Shown: one piece after another, positions 10,194-20,882 of the stretch
How the letters are laid out: each line of letters starts with the position of its first letter
How positions within the stretch are numbered: position 1 is the stretch's first letter
NCBI GenBank assembly: GCA_963695555.1
Contig: CAVOGR010000005.1
Span: forward strand, 96,001-160,000
Origin: an uncultured Gemmatimonadales bacterium
GTDB taxonomy: Bacteria; Gemmatimonadota; Gemmatimonadetes; Gemmatimonadales; GWC2-71-9
Direction: 5' to 3'
Length of the DNA stretch: 64,000 bases
Program-made: the position numbers and the translations under genes
Notes under the pieces: model-generated
Told to the model about the DNA's origin: nothing
Seen by the model: the letters and a program-made list of their open reading frames with translations, nothing else
Databases searched by the model: none

Positions 10194-10939
10194 TGTCGAT
10201 GACCGAGGATGCTCTCCGCCAACTCACGGTGAACGGCGCGGTGCCCGCGCACATAGCCATCATCATGGACGGCAACGGTCGCTGGGCCACCGAACGGGCC
10301 CTGCCCAGGCCGTTGGGCCATCGCGCCGGCATGAAGGCCGTGCGGGAGGTGGTGGAAGGGGCACTCGAAGCGGGCGTCAAGGTCCTGACCCTCTTTGCCT
10401 TCAGCCAAGAGAACTGGAAGCGACCGCCGGACGAAATCCAGGCCCTGATGTCGCTCCTCGAGCATTACATCGCCAAGGAGCTGAACGAGCTGCGCAAGAA
10501 CGGGGTGGCCGTGTCGGTGATCGGCGATGTCGCCCGGTTGGGCGCGCCGGCGCGAGCGGCGGTCGATCGGATCGTGACCGAGACCACAGGCGGCAAGGCG
10601 CTCGCCCTCAATCTGTGCATCTCGTACGGCTCTCGAGCGGAAATCACGGAGGCCGCCCGCCGCCTGGCGGAGGACGTCGCCACCGGACGACTCGCTCCAG
10701 CCGACATCACGGAGGAGCGCTTTGCCCAGCAGCTCCAAACCGCACGCTGGCCCGACCCCGATCTCCTGATTCGAACGTCCGGCGAACTCCGGCTTTCGAA
10801 TTTTCTCCTCTGGCAGCTGGCGTATGCCGAGCTCTACATCACGCCCAAGCTCTGGCCTGACTTCACCCGACACGATCTCTTCGACGCCATCCTGGAGTTC
10901 CAACGGCGCGATCGGCGGTTCGGTCGCGTCACCGTGTGA
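10193..10939 (+). CDS. uppS: Undecaprenyl-diphosphate synthase
   Basis: HIAIIMDGNGRWA, FSQENWKRP, LIRTSGELRLSNFLLWQ. Confidence 0.95.
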   Translation: MSMTEDALRQLTVNGAVPAHIAIIMDGNGRWATERALPRPLGHRAGMKAVREVVEGALEAGVKVLTLFAFSQENWKRPPDEIQALMSLLEHYIAKELNELRKNGVAVSVIGDVARLGAPARAAVDRIVTETTGGKALALNLCISYGSRAEITEAARRLAEDVATGRLAPADITEERFAQQLQTARWPDPDLLIRTSGELRLSNFLLWQLAYAELYITPKLWPDFTRHDLFDAILEFQRRDRRFGRVTV

Positions 10940-11805
10940 TGGATCGCAATCTCATCCAACGAATCAGCGTGGTCGTGGTCGCCGTTCCGGTGGCCGTGCT
11001 GTTGGTGTACCAGGGTGGTGTTGCGCTTGCCCTGGCACTCGCCGCCGTCGGTTCGCTCGGCGCCCGGGAGGTCTTCAGCCTGGCGCGGAAGGGTGGGGTG
11101 GACGCCGTGCCCAGCCTGGGACTCGTTGGCGCCGCGGCTCCGTCCTTGGTGGCCTACGCTCTGCTGGCCGGTGGCCCCATGAGCAACGTCGGGGCCCGCG
11201 TCTGGATCACCATGAGCGCGCTGCTGGTCCTTTTCATTCTCTCCTTCGTGTTGCTCACCCGCCGCCCCGACCAGAAACCGCTCGCGGCCGCCGCCGTGAC
11301 GCTGTTCGGCATCGTGTACGCCGGTGCGCTGCCGGCCTTCGTGCTGATCATGAGGCATGGCTATGAGGGCCCGCGATCGTGGCCGGGGGTGGCGCTGGTT
11401 TTCTTTCCGCTTGTGATCGTGTGGGTGTGTGACTCCGCGGCCATGTTCGGCGGCCGGGCAATCGGCGGGCCGAAGCTCGCTCCCACGGTGAGCCCGGGCA
11501 AGACGCGCTCGGGGGCGCTGATGGGTGTCGTCGGGGCAGTAGCGGTCGTCCCCCTCTATCAAGCGATCGTGCTCCGGCCGGCAGGGATCGACATGGTGTG
11601 GTGGCAGGGCTTCCTGCTCGGCGCGATCCTCGGCGTGGTCGGACAGATCGGCGACCTGGTCGAATCTCTCCTGAAGCGGGAAGCCGGGGTGAAGGATTCC
11701 AGCGCGCTCATTCCGGGTCACGGCGGTGTGCTCGACCGGCTGGATTCCCTCTATTTTGCGCTTCCGGTAGCCACCATGCTGTACCTCAGCTTCGGTGTCC
11801 TCTGA
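10936..11805 (+). CDS. cdsA: Phosphatidate cytidylyltransferase
   Basis: Multi-TM; SPGKT and GDLVESLLKREAGVKDSSALIPGHGGVLDRLDS. Confidence 0.95.
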   Translation: MMDRNLIQRISVVVVAVPVAVLLVYQGGVALALALAAVGSLGAREVFSLARKGGVDAVPSLGLVGAAAPSLVAYALLAGGPMSNVGARVWITMSALLVLFILSFVLLTRRPDQKPLAAAAVTLFGIVYAGALPAFVLIMRHGYEGPRSWPGVALVFFPLVIVWVCDSAAMFGGRAIGGPKLAPTVSPGKTRSGALMGVVGAVAVVPLYQAIVLRPAGIDMVWWQGFLLGAILGVVGQIGDLVESLLKREAGVKDSSALIPGHGGVLDRLDSLYFALPVATMLYLSFGVL

Positions 11806-12917
11806 TGCGCGGCGTTGCCGTGCTGGGCTCGACCGGTTCAATCGGGCGGAGCACCCTGGAAGTGCTGCGCCGCCAGCGCGATCACTTCCGACTCGTGGCG
11901 CTCACGGCCGGACGGAACCGCGAGTTACTGGAAGGACAGGTTCGGGAGTGGCAGCCGGCTTTCGCCGGGCTGGTCCATGAGAATGGCCCGAACGGCCCGG
12001 CCCGACCCGAGGTCCTCATCGAGGCGGCCACGCGGCCGGACGTCGACATCGTGGTCAACGCCGTGGTTGGAGCGGTGGGGCTCGATGCCACGCTGGCGGC
12101 CTTGCGCGCAGGCAAGCGGGTGGCGCTCGCCAATAAGGAAACGATGGTGATGGCTGGCGAGCTGGTGGCTCAGGCCGCGGCGGCGGGCGGTGGCGAAGTC
12201 GTGCCGGTGGACTCCGAGCACAACGCGGTCCTCCAGTGCATCACGGGACAGGAGCAGGCGCTGTGCCGGCTGATTTTGACCGCGTCTGGGGGACCGTTCC
12301 GCGAGTGGCCGGCCGACCAGCTGCAGCATGCCAGCGTGGAAGACGCCCTGTGCCACCCGACGTGGAAGATGGGAGACAAGATCACCGTCGACAGCGCGAC
12401 CCTGGTCAACAAGGCCTTGGAGTTGATTGAAGCACACTATCTGTTCGGCCTGTCCTACGACGCGCTCGAGGTCGTGGTCCACCCGCAAAGCATCATCCAT
12501 GCCTTCGTCGAGTTCCAGGATGGCAGCGTCATCGCGCAACTCGGGTTCCCCTCGATGGAGCTACCGATTCTCTACGCCCTCACCCACCCGACCAGGCTGG
12601 CCGATTCGGGAACGCGCCGTTTCGATCCCGTCGCCGCCGGCCCACTGACCTTCGAGCCTGTCCGGTCGGACGCGTTCGGCGCGTTCCGCGCCGGGGTCGC
12701 GGCTGGACGAGCGGGTGGAACCGCTCCGGCCGTGTTCAATGCGGCGAATGAAGTGGCCGTCGAGGCGTTCCTGGACCGGCGCCTGGGGTTTGCCCAGATC
12801 GGCGACCTGATCGAGCACGTCTTGGAGGGTCACAGCGTGGTGCCGGCTGACTCGATCGACGCCGTGCGGTCCGCGGATGACTGGGCCCGAGCCCGGGTGC
12901 GGGAGCTGATTCGATGA
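11805..12917 (+). CDS. dxr: 1-deoxy-D-xylulose-5-phosphate reductoisomerase
   Basis: LGSTGSIG, LANKE, PVDSEH, HPTWKMGDKITVDSAT; ATG at 11805. Confidence 0.95.
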   Translation: MRGVAVLGSTGSIGRSTLEVLRRQRDHFRLVALTAGRNRELLEGQVREWQPAFAGLVHENGPNGPARPEVLIEAATRPDVDIVVNAVVGAVGLDATLAALRAGKRVALANKETMVMAGELVAQAAAAGGGEVVPVDSEHNAVLQCITGQEQALCRLILTASGGPFREWPADQLQHASVEDALCHPTWKMGDKITVDSATLVNKALELIEAHYLFGLSYDALEVVVHPQSIIHAFVEFQDGSVIAQLGFPSMELPILYALTHPTRLADSGTRRFDPVAAGPLTFEPVRSDAFGAFRAGVAAGRAGGTAPAVFNAANEVAVEAFLDRRLGFAQIGDLIEHVLEGHSVVPADSIDAVRSADDWARARVRELIR

Positions 12918-14296
12918 GCGCGCTGTACGCGGTCGGCGCCCTCGTGGTGGTGCTCGGTGTGTTGGTCTTCGTTCATGAGGCCGGCCACTTCGTGGCGGCC
13001 AAACTGGCCGGCATCTTCGTGCATCGATTCTCATTGGGACTCGGCACCCCGGTGCCGTGGCTCACCTTCCGGCGTGGCGGGACCGAGTACTCGGTCTCCT
13101 GGTTGCCGCTCGGCGGGTATGTGAAGATGGCCACCAAGGAAGAGGACGCGACCAGCAGCGCCTTGGAAGGCGGGGCGGCCGAGGTCGAGGTGCCGCCGGA
13201 TGGCTACTTCGAGTCCAAACCCGTCTGGGTCCGGATGGTGGTCATCCTCGCGGGCGTGGTGATGAACGCTCTCTTCGCCTGGGCCGCCTTCTCCTTCCTG
13301 GTGGCCAAGAACGGGATCGGGGTAAACCCCGTGACCACGGTGGGCCAGGTGGTGGATAGTCTGCTCCCGCCCGAGGGCGCACCTCTGAAGCAGCTCCAAA
13401 GCGGCGACCGGATCGTCGCGGTGGCCGGGGAGCCGGTGGCGAGTTGGAACGAGATCGTCGAGCGCATCGGATCAGCGCCTGGCGATTCGGTTGTCATCGA
13501 CGTCGCTGGTAAACCGTCCATCGTCCTGGCCATCCACCACGACGCGCTCGATGCGCGCCTTCGCACGGCCATAGCCCTCCAGCCCTGGCAGCCGTCGGTG
13601 GTCGGTGACGTGCTGCCGGATCGCCCGGCCGCGAGCGCCGGACTGACTTCCGGCGACACCATCTTGGCGATCGGCGGCAAGGAAGTGCGCCAGTGGGGCG
13701 AAGTGGTCGATGTCATCGAGCAAAACGCCGGCAACGAGCTCGAACTCCTCATCGGCCGAACTGGAAATCGGATTCGCACCACCGCAACGCCTGCCCCTGA
13801 AGAGGTGACGGATCCGGACGGCACCACCCGCACGGTCGGAAAACTGGGCTTCCGGTTTCAGCCCCTGATCGAGTACCAGGAGCTCTCGTTCGGCGGCGCG
13901 CTCGTCGCCGGGTGGGACGAAATGGTGAATCAGTCGACGCTCGTGGTCCGCACCGTCCGGGGCATGTTCTCCGGCCGGGTGTCGAGCCGTGAGGTGGGCG
14001 GGCCGATCCTGATCGGCCAGATCGCCGGCCAGGCCGCCCGGCTCGGCTTCGACCAATTCCTGTTCTTCATGGGAATCATCTCGATCAACCTGGCGGTGCT
14101 CAATTTGCTTCCCATACCCGTCCTCGACGGCGGCCAGTTCCTCTTCCTCCTGGCCGAGGGGGTATTGCGCCGGCCCTTGTCGCTGAAGCTGCGGGAGCGC
14201 CTGACGGCGGTTGGGCTGGTGCTGGTGATCACCCTCATGGGGCTCGCCTTCTGGAACGACATCTCCCGGCTTCTGACCCGGTACCTGGGCGGATGA
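12914..14296 (+). CDS. rseP: RIP metalloprotease RseP
   Basis: [13 protein letters not shown], two PDZ-like repeats, [11 protein letters not shown]. Confidence 0.95.
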   Translation: MSALYAVGALVVVLGVLVFVHEAGHFVAAKLAGIFVHRFSLGLGTPVPWLTFRRGGTEYSVSWLPLGGYVKMATKEEDATSSALEGGAAEVEVPPDGYFESKPVWVRMVVILAGVVMNALFAWAAFSFLVAKNGIGVNPVTTVGQVVDSLLPPEGAPLKQLQSGDRIVAVAGEPVASWNEIVERIGSAPGDSVVIDVAGKPSIVLAIHHDALDARLRTAIALQPWQPSVVGDVLPDRPAASAGLTSGDTILAIGGKEVRQWGEVVDVIEQNAGNELELLIGRTGNRIRTTATPAPEEVTDPDGTTRTVGKLGFRFQPLIEYQELSFGGALVAGWDEMVNQSTLVVRTVRGMFSGRVSSREVGGPILIGQIAGQAARLGFDQFLFFMGIISINLAVLNLLPIPVLDGGQFLFLLAEGVLRRPLSLKLRERLTAVGLVLVITLMGLAFWNDISRLLTRYLGG

Positions 14297-14359
14297 AGCC
14301 TGGCGCGGGCGCCTGCGGGGCGTATTGGGCGGTGGGGTGGCCGGGGCCCGGTCGGACTC

Positions 14360-14402
14360 TTGCGACAGGGGCGTTGCCAGGGTTAGCTTTCTCTGCTACA
14401 AC
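14360..14402 (+). promoter_or_regulatory. Candidate promoter(s) for rpsO
   Basis: TTGCGA-N18-TAGCTT (14360-14389) or TTGCCA-N17-TACAAC (14374-14402). Confidence 0.4.
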
Positions 14403-14459
14403 AGATTGCAGATTCACGAGTTGGGTGCCGTTGCCCCGTTACTTTGGAACTACGTCCGC

Positions 14460-14720
14460 ATGACCTTCGACAAGCAAACCGTGGTCGCCAGCCATCAGAG
14501 CCACGATCGCGACACGGGATCGACCAGAGTGCAGGTGGCGCTCCTCACCGAGCGGATCAATTCCCTCACGGATCACTTCCGGACCCATCCCAAGGACCAC
14601 CATAGCCGTCAGGGTCTCTTGAAGATGGTCGGCACGCGCCGCCGTCTCCTGAATTATCTCAAGCGAACCGACCTCGTCGGCTACCGCGCCCTCATCGAAG
14701 AGCTGGGGTTGCGCCATTAG
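14460..14720 (+). CDS. rpsO: 30S ribosomal protein S15
   Basis: [33 protein letters not shown]. Confidence 0.96.
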   Translation: MTFDKQTVVASHQSHDRDTGSTRVQVALLTERINSLTDHFRTHPKDHHSRQGLLKMVGTRRRLLNYLKRTDLVGYRALIEELGLRH

Positions 14721-14735
14721 TCCGACAGGTTGGCG

Positions 14736-14773
14736 AGGGCGCCCCGACTGAGTACACAGGGCGCCCTTTCTTC
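14736..14773 (+). terminator. Terminator-like hairpin after rpsO; its loop can pair downstream (see findings)
   Basis: AGGGCGCCC/GGGCGCCCT stem with 14-nt loop, followed by TTCTTC. Confidence 0.6.
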
Positions 14774-14805
14774 ATGTCTGTACTCGTCTCTATAAGGTTA
14801 CATAC

Positions 14806-16887
14806 GTGCATAGGATTGAAACTGAATTCGCCGGCCGGAAGCTCGTCGTCGAAACCGGCCGGATGGCCAAGCAGGCGGCGGGGTCCGCCTATCTCCAGTT
14901 CGGCGACACGGCGGTCCTCGCGGCCGTCACCGTCTCGCCAAACATCTCATCGCTCCCGTTCTTTCCCCTCACGGTAGAGTACCGCGAAAAGACCTACGCG
15001 GCGGGGAAGATTCCCGGAGGCTTCATCAAACGCGAGGGGCGCCCGTCCGAAAAGGAAATCCTCGCCTGCCGGCTCATCGATCGGTCCATTCGTCCGCTCT
15101 TTCCGGAAGGTTTCAAGAACGAGATCCAGGTTTTCGTGACGGTGCTGTCCGCGGACCAGGAGAACGATGCGGACGTGCTCGGGCTGTTGGGTGCCTCGCT
15201 GGCGCTCACCATCTCCAACGTGCCGTGGAACGGTCCCATCGCCGGCGTCAGGGTCGGACGGGTCGACGGCAATTGGATCTTGAACCCGACGTTCCATCAG
15301 CTGGAAGTCTCGGAGCTCGACTTGATCGTCAGCGGCAAGGCCGACTCGATCGTCATGGTCGAGGGCGGGGCGCTGGAACTGGGCGAGGACGACGTGATCG
15401 GCGCGCTGAAAGTGGCGCAGAAGGGCATCGTGGAGCTCGTTGGGATCGTGAACGAGGTCAGCGCCAAGTGCGCCGTCGAGAAGATGGCGTGGACCAAGCC
15501 CACTCCCGACCCGGCCATTGTCGCGCGGGTCCGGGCCGTGGCGGAGGAGCCGATCCGGCAGGCCATCAACGGCGCGGACAAGGCAACCAGGGCTGCCAAC
15601 GTCAAGATGGTCAAGGCCGATGTGGCCGCGCGGCTGATCGAGGAGTTCCCGGACGCCGCGCGTGACATCGCGACGGAGCTCGGGGAAATCGAGTACGTCG
15701 CCATGCGGGAACAGGTTCTGGAGCAGGGCGAACGCGTGGATGGGCGCAAGCTCGACGCCGTGCGCCCCATCGCGGTCGATGTCGGGCTCCTTCCCCGAAC
15801 GCATGGATCGGCACTCTTCACCCGGGGGCAGACCCAGGCCCTCGTCGCGGTCACGCTTGGGACGGCGGATGATGAACAACGCATCGATAGCATCGACGTC
15901 GCCGGTGAAACGACCAAGTCGTTCATGCTGCACTACAATTTCCCGCCCTTCGCCACGGGCGAAGTCAAGATGATCCGCGGCACGAGCCGCCGGGAGATCG
16001 GGCACGGCACCTTGGCCGAACGAGCGCTCCAACCACTCCTTCCGAATTACGAGGAATTCCCCTACACCCTGCGGATAGTCTCAGAAGTGCTCGAGTCCAA
16101 TGGGTCGAGCTCCATGGCGACGGTGTGCGGCGGGGCGCTGGCCCTGATGGATGCCGGCGTGCCGATCAAGGCTCCGTGTGCCGGGGTGGCCATGGGACTG
16201 GTCAAGGAAGGCGCCCGGGTTGCCGTGCTCACCGACATTCTGGGCTCGGAAGATCACTTGGGCGACATGGACTTCAAGGTCGCGGGCACCGCCGACGGCA
16301 TCACGTCCATTCAAATGGATATCAAAATCGAGGGCCTCGACCTCAAAGTCATGAAGGACGCCCTCGAGCGCGCGCGGAAGGCGCGGCTCCACATCCTCAA
16401 GGAAATGGCCAAGACCATCTCCTCGGCGCGGCCCGAGCTGTCGCCCTATGCACCCCGCATCTTGAGCATCCAGATCAAGCCGGACAAGATCGGCGATCTG
16501 ATCGGTCCCAAGGGGAAGACCATTCGCGGAATTCAGGATACCACCGGCGCTCGCATCAACGTGGACGATTCCGGCATGGTGACCGTCTCCTCGGTCGGAG
16601 GAGAGGGGGGCGAGAAGGCCCTCGCGATGATCCGCGCGATCGTGACCGAACCCGAGGTCGGGAAGACCTACGAAGGGCCGGTGAAGAGCACCACGGCGTT
16701 CGGTGCCTTCGTCGAGATCCTCCCCGGGGTCGAGGGATTGCTCCACATCAGTGAGCTACAACATGCCCGAACCGAACGGACCGAAGACGTCGTGAAGCGC
16801 GGCGACGTGGTCAAGGTGAAGCTGCTCGAAGTCGACGAGCGCGGGCGCATGAAGCTCTCCCGGAAGGCCCTGCTGCCGAAGGAATGA
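14806..16887 (+). CDS. pnp: Polyribonucleotide nucleotidyltransferase (PNPase)
   Basis: GKIPGGFIKREGRP, RREIGHG, ESNGSSSMA, DHLGDMDFKVAGT, KH and S1 domains. Confidence 0.97.
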   Translation: MHRIETEFAGRKLVVETGRMAKQAAGSAYLQFGDTAVLAAVTVSPNISSLPFFPLTVEYREKTYAAGKIPGGFIKREGRPSEKEILACRLIDRSIRPLFPEGFKNEIQVFVTVLSADQENDADVLGLLGASLALTISNVPWNGPIAGVRVGRVDGNWILNPTFHQLEVSELDLIVSGKADSIVMVEGGALELGEDDVIGALKVAQKGIVELVGIVNEVSAKCAVEKMAWTKPTPDPAIVARVRAVAEEPIRQAINGADKATRAANVKMVKADVAARLIEEFPDAARDIATELGEIEYVAMREQVLEQGERVDGRKLDAVRPIAVDVGLLPRTHGSALFTRGQTQALVAVTLGTADDEQRIDSIDVAGETTKSFMLHYNFPPFATGEVKMIRGTSRREIGHGTLAERALQPLLPNYEEFPYTLRIVSEVLESNGSSSMATVCGGALALMDAGVPIKAPCAGVAMGLVKEGARVAVLTDILGSEDHLGDMDFKVAGTADGITSIQMDIKIEGLDLKVMKDALERARKARLHILKEMAKTISSARPELSPYAPRILSIQIKPDKIGDLIGPKGKTIRGIQDTTGARINVDDSGMVTVSSVGGEGGEKALAMIRAIVTEPEVGKTYEGPVKSTTAFGAFVEILPGVEGLLHISELQHARTERTEDVVKRGDVVKVKLLEVDERGRMKLSRKALLPKE

Positions 16888-16891
16888 AGGC

Positions 16892-18160
16892 GTGGAGACC
16901 ATACAGCTCGACACGGGGCTGTTCCGGACCCGCGCCGCTAATGGCCTGACGGTTCTCTCCGAGGCCCTGCCCGGGGCGCGCTCCGTTGCGATGGGCATCT
17001 GGGTGCGAGCGGCCAGCGCTCACGAGCTGCGGTCCAAGATGGGGGTCTCCCATCTGCTCGAGCACATGGTCTTCAAAGGCACCGACCAGCGCACGGCCAA
17101 GCAAATCGCCCTGGAGCTCGAAGTCCGGGGCGGCTCGCTCGACGCCTATACCAGCCGAGATCACACCAGCTACCAAGCCCAGGTTCTCGACCACGACCTC
17201 CCGGTCGCGGTCGAGATCCTGACCGATCTGGTTCGGCACCCCCTGCTCCGAGAGGTGGACCTGATCCCGGAGCGCAATGTGGTGTTGGAGGAGATCAACG
17301 GCGTAATGGATACGCCGGACGACCTGGTGTTCGAGATTCTCGGAGAGGTGCTCTGGCCAAACCACCCCTATGGCTTCTCCATACTTGGCACGGCGGAAAC
17401 CGTTGGTGGCCTCTCCGCGGAGGATCTCCGGGCCCGCCACCAATGGGGTTACTACCCCGCCAACATGGTCATGGTTGCCGCCGGTCGGGTCGAGCACGAG
17501 ACCATCCTCGAACTCTTGGAGCGGCAGGGGTGGTTCGACGCCCAATCCGAGACCAAGCCTCGCGACAGCGCGGTGTCGACCCCGGCAGTCCAGGGGGCAA
17601 CCCGCCAAGCGCACAAGGACACCACCCAAGCGCACGTCGCCTTCGCCACGGACACCTTTCCGTATGCCAATCCGCGGCGATATGCCATGACGATCCTGAC
17701 GAACACGTTCGGCGGCGGGATGTCGAGCCGCCTGTTCCAGCGGATCCGGGAAGAACTCGGCCTGGCGTACTCGGTGTACGCCTTCCAACAGTTCTACCAG
17801 TCATCGGGCACCTGCGGGGTGTACATTGGGACTCAGCCGGCAACGGCCGGGGCGGCCATCGACGCTATCCGCCGGGAGTACCAGCGCCTCGGGAGCGAAG
17901 GGCTGGACCCCCAGGAGACGGAGGATGGCAAGCGCCAGCTCCAGGGACAGGTCATCCTGTCCCTGGAGACGCCGCAGAGTCGCATGGCGCGGCTTGCCAG
18001 CATCGAGCTTCAGGGAGAGCAATACCGCTCCGTCGATGAGGTGCTCCGGACGATCGACGCGGTGGAGCGCGACGACCTGGCGGCTCTTGCCGAGGAGTAC
18101 TGGGCACCGGACCGCCAGACCATGGTGTGGTTGGGGCCCCATGAGCCGCCAGTCGTGTGA
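16892..18160 (+). CDS. M16 (pitrilysin-family) zinc peptidase
   Basis: Inverted zinc motif HLLEH, GGGMSSRLFQRIREELGLAYSV. Confidence 0.9.
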   Translation: METIQLDTGLFRTRAANGLTVLSEALPGARSVAMGIWVRAASAHELRSKMGVSHLLEHMVFKGTDQRTAKQIALELEVRGGSLDAYTSRDHTSYQAQVLDHDLPVAVEILTDLVRHPLLREVDLIPERNVVLEEINGVMDTPDDLVFEILGEVLWPNHPYGFSILGTAETVGGLSAEDLRARHQWGYYPANMVMVAAGRVEHETILELLERQGWFDAQSETKPRDSAVSTPAVQGATRQAHKDTTQAHVAFATDTFPYANPRRYAMTILTNTFGGGMSSRLFQRIREELGLAYSVYAFQQFYQSSGTCGVYIGTQPATAGAAIDAIRREYQRLGSEGLDPQETEDGKRQLQGQVILSLETPQSRMARLASIELQGEQYRSVDEVLRTIDAVERDDLAALAEEYWAPDRQTMVWLGPHEPPVV

Positions 18161-18220
18161 AGTAGCTCCAGTGGAAGGTCAATTCAGCAGGCGACTTACT
18201 TCTTTTCTCGGGGTTGATCG

Positions 18221-19333
18221 ATGCGCATAGGCGTACCCAAGGAGATCAAGGCGAACGAGAACCGCATCGCGCTGGTCCCAGCCGGTGTCTCGGCGTTTGT
18301 CGCGGCCGGGCATTCAGTAGTGGTCGAAGCGGGCGCAGGTATCGGCAGCGGGTTCGAGGACGACGCCTACCGCGATGCCGGCGCCGAGCTGACCTCGCAG
18401 GTGGACGAGCTCTGGCGCCGGGCCGATCTCATCATGAAGGTGAAAGAGCCCATCGCGGTGGAATGGCCGAGAATGCGGCAGGGCCAGGTTATCTACACCT
18501 ACTTCCATTTTGCCGCGTCGGAGCCCTTGACCCAGGCCGTAATCAAGTCAGGTGCGGTGGCGGTGGCCTATGAGACGGTCCAGCTCGCCAACGGCGAGCT
18601 CCCGCTCCTGACTCCCATGTCGGAGGTGGCCGGCCGTATGGCGGTCCAAGAGGGTGCCAAGTATTTGGAAAAGATCTTCGGTGGGAGTGGGATCTTGCTT
18701 GGTGGCGTCCCAGGCGTGGTTCCGGGCGAGGTCGTGATTCTTGGTGGCGGGGTCGTGGGGACCAATGCGGCACAGATTGCCGCCGGTCTCGGGGCGCATG
18801 TGACCATTCTCGACATCGACCTGCCCCGGCTTCGCTACCTGGCGCACGTGCTTCCAGCGAACGTCGATACCGTGTACTCCAACCGGCACAATATCCTCGA
18901 TGCGATCCGCCGGGCCGACCTGGTGGTTGGTGCGGTGTTGCTGCCCGGCGCCAAGGCGCCGAGCCTGGTGACCCGGGAGGATCTGAAAGAAATGAAGCCG
19001 GGCTCGGTCATTGTGGATGTCGCGGTTGATCAGGGAGGATGCGTGGAGACGATCCGCCCCACCACCCATGAGGATCCCACCTATTTCGTGGATGGCATCC
19101 TGCACTACGGGGTGGCGAATATGCCGGGTGCGGTACCCCGGACATCGACCCTGGCGTTGACGAATGCCACGCTCCGCTACGGCCTGCGTCTTGCACAGTC
19201 CGGGTGGAAGTCCGCTTGCCGGGCCGATCGGGCGCTCAAACTGGGGCTCAACATCGTGGAAGGCAAGGTGGTGTATCCCGGCGTTGCCGAGGCCTTCAAC
19301 CTTCCGCTGGTCGACGTGGACAAGGTGGTCTGA
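18221..19333 (+). CDS. ald: Alanine dehydrogenase
   Basis: IGVPKEIK, KVKEP, PMSEVAGR, DVAVDQGGC, VANMPGAVPRTST. Confidence 0.96.
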   Translation: MRIGVPKEIKANENRIALVPAGVSAFVAAGHSVVVEAGAGIGSGFEDDAYRDAGAELTSQVDELWRRADLIMKVKEPIAVEWPRMRQGQVIYTYFHFAASEPLTQAVIKSGAVAVAYETVQLANGELPLLTPMSEVAGRMAVQEGAKYLEKIFGGSGILLGGVPGVVPGEVVILGGGVVGTNAAQIAAGLGAHVTILDIDLPRLRYLAHVLPANVDTVYSNRHNILDAIRRADLVVGAVLLPGAKAPSLVTREDLKEMKPGSVIVDVAVDQGGCVETIRPTTHEDPTYFVDGILHYGVANMPGAVPRTSTLALTNATLRYGLRLAQSGWKSACRADRALKLGLNIVEGKVVYPGVAEAFNLPLVDVDKVV

Positions 19334-19337
19334 CCCG

Positions 19338-19775
19338 GTGGTCGAGGTGCTGATCGCTCGGCTGCCCCACGCCGAGGGCCTCCCGCTCCCGAGTTTGGCA
19401 ACACCCGGCTCGGCCGGGTATGACTTGGCGAGCGCAGAGACCGCCACCCTCCAGCCAATGGAGCGGAAGCTGATCAGGACCGGGCTCCAAATTGCGCTGC
19501 CACCGGGCTATGAATGCCAGCTCAGGCCCCGATCCGGGCTGGCGCTTCGGGACGGCATTACCCTGCCCAACACCCCGGCCACGATCGACAGCGATTACCG
19601 GGGGGAGCTGATGGTGGCGCTGGTGAATCTGGGTGACAGGCCGTTTGAGGTGACCCGGGGGATGCGGATCGCGCAAATGGTCGTGGCGCCCGTGGTGCGG
19701 GTCCGGTTTCAGCCTGTCGAAGGCCTGCCCGTGTCCGAGCGCGGTGAAGGAGGCTTTGGCAGCACTGGGTGCTGA
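19338..19775 (+). CDS. dut: dUTP diphosphatase
   Basis: AGYDL, RPRSGLA, TIDSDYRGE, RGEGGFGSTG; GTG start inferred. Confidence 0.93.
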   Translation: MVEVLIARLPHAEGLPLPSLATPGSAGYDLASAETATLQPMERKLIRTGLQIALPPGYECQLRPRSGLALRDGITLPNTPATIDSDYRGELMVALVNLGDRPFEVTRGMRIAQMVVAPVVRVRFQPVEGLPVSERGEGGFGSTGC

Positions 19776-19843
19776 GGGTGGGCTGTCCCGCGGGGACCCC
19801 GCTCATTAGCTTACAGCTTTTCCGGTGATATGGTCGGTCACAC

Positions 19844-20881
19844 ATGAAGTTCCTGAGATTCAATCTGGGCTCGCTCATTCCCGCGAACGAGATCGCGGTC
19901 GATCTCGGGACGGCGAATACCCTCATCTATGTGAAGGGTGAGGGCATCGTCCTCAATGAGCCGTCCGTGGTGGCGCTCGAAAAGGCGACGGGCCAAATCA
20001 AGGGTATCGGCCTCGAAGCCAAGCGGATGCTTGGCCGGACGCCGGACTCCATTTTGGCGGTCCGACCCCTCAAAGACGGCGTCATTGCCGACTTCGATGT
20101 CACGGAGCGGATGCTGCGCTATTTCCTGAAGACCATCATCGACAAGCACTTCTTCAAGATCAAGCCGAAAGTCATCGTGTGCGTCCCGTCGGGTATTACC
20201 GAAGTGGAGCGCCGTGCGGTGCGCGATTCGGCGGAGACGGCGGGGGCCAAGGAAGTCTCCATGGTTGCCGAGCCCATGGCGGCCGCTATCGGGGTCGGAT
20301 TGCCGGTCGACACGCCGACCGGCAACATGGTGATCGACATCGGTGGCGGCACCACCGAGATCGCCGTGATCGCGCTGTCGGGCATCGTGTCGGACACCTC
20401 GATCCGCACCGGTGGCGACGAGATGGACCAGGCCATCGTCCAGTTCATGAGGAAGAACTACAATTTGCTCGTGGGCGAGCCCACCGCCGAAATCATCAAG
20501 ATCAAGATCGGCTCCGCCGCGCCGGTAGGCGAGGAAACCGAGATGCCGGTCAAGGGACGGGACTTGGTGTCCGGTATTCCCAAGACGGTCCGGGTCCACT
20601 CGAGCGAAATTCGGGAAGCCGTGCAGGAGCCGATCCAGCAAATCGTCGACGCAGTCCGGCGGGCGCTAGAGATCACGCCGCCCGAACTGGCGAGCGACAT
20701 CGTCGATCGCGGGATCGTGATGACCGGCGGTGGCGCCCTGATTCGCGGGCTGGATGTGCTCCTGGCCCAGGAAACCGGACTTCCGATTCACATCGACGAA
20801 GACCCGCTCACGTGCGTTGTGCGGGGAACGGGGAGGATTCTGGACGAGTACGAGAAGTACAAGAGCGTCCTCGATAAGTAG
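19844..20881 (+). CDS. mreB: Rod shape-determining protein MreB
   Basis: DLGTANT, DIGGGTTE, TGGGALIRG. Confidence 0.96.
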   Translation: MKFLRFNLGSLIPANEIAVDLGTANTLIYVKGEGIVLNEPSVVALEKATGQIKGIGLEAKRMLGRTPDSILAVRPLKDGVIADFDVTERMLRYFLKTIIDKHFFKIKPKVIVCVPSGITEVERRAVRDSAETAGAKEVSMVAEPMAAAIGVGLPVDTPTGNMVIDIGGGTTEIAVIALSGIVSDTSIRTGGDEMDQAIVQFMRKNYNLLVGEPTAEIIKIKIGSAAPVGEETEMPVKGRDLVSGIPKTVRVHSSEIREAVQEPIQQIVDAVRRALEITPPELASDIVDRGIVMTGGGALIRGLDVLLAQETGLPIHIDEDPLTCVVRGTGRILDEYEKYKSVLDK

Positions 20882-20882
20882 C

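Noticed and set aside
14405..14459. S15 autoregulatory leader upstream of rpsO
   Set aside because: Plausible by position, but only a weak short hairpin is visible; cannot be supported by eye
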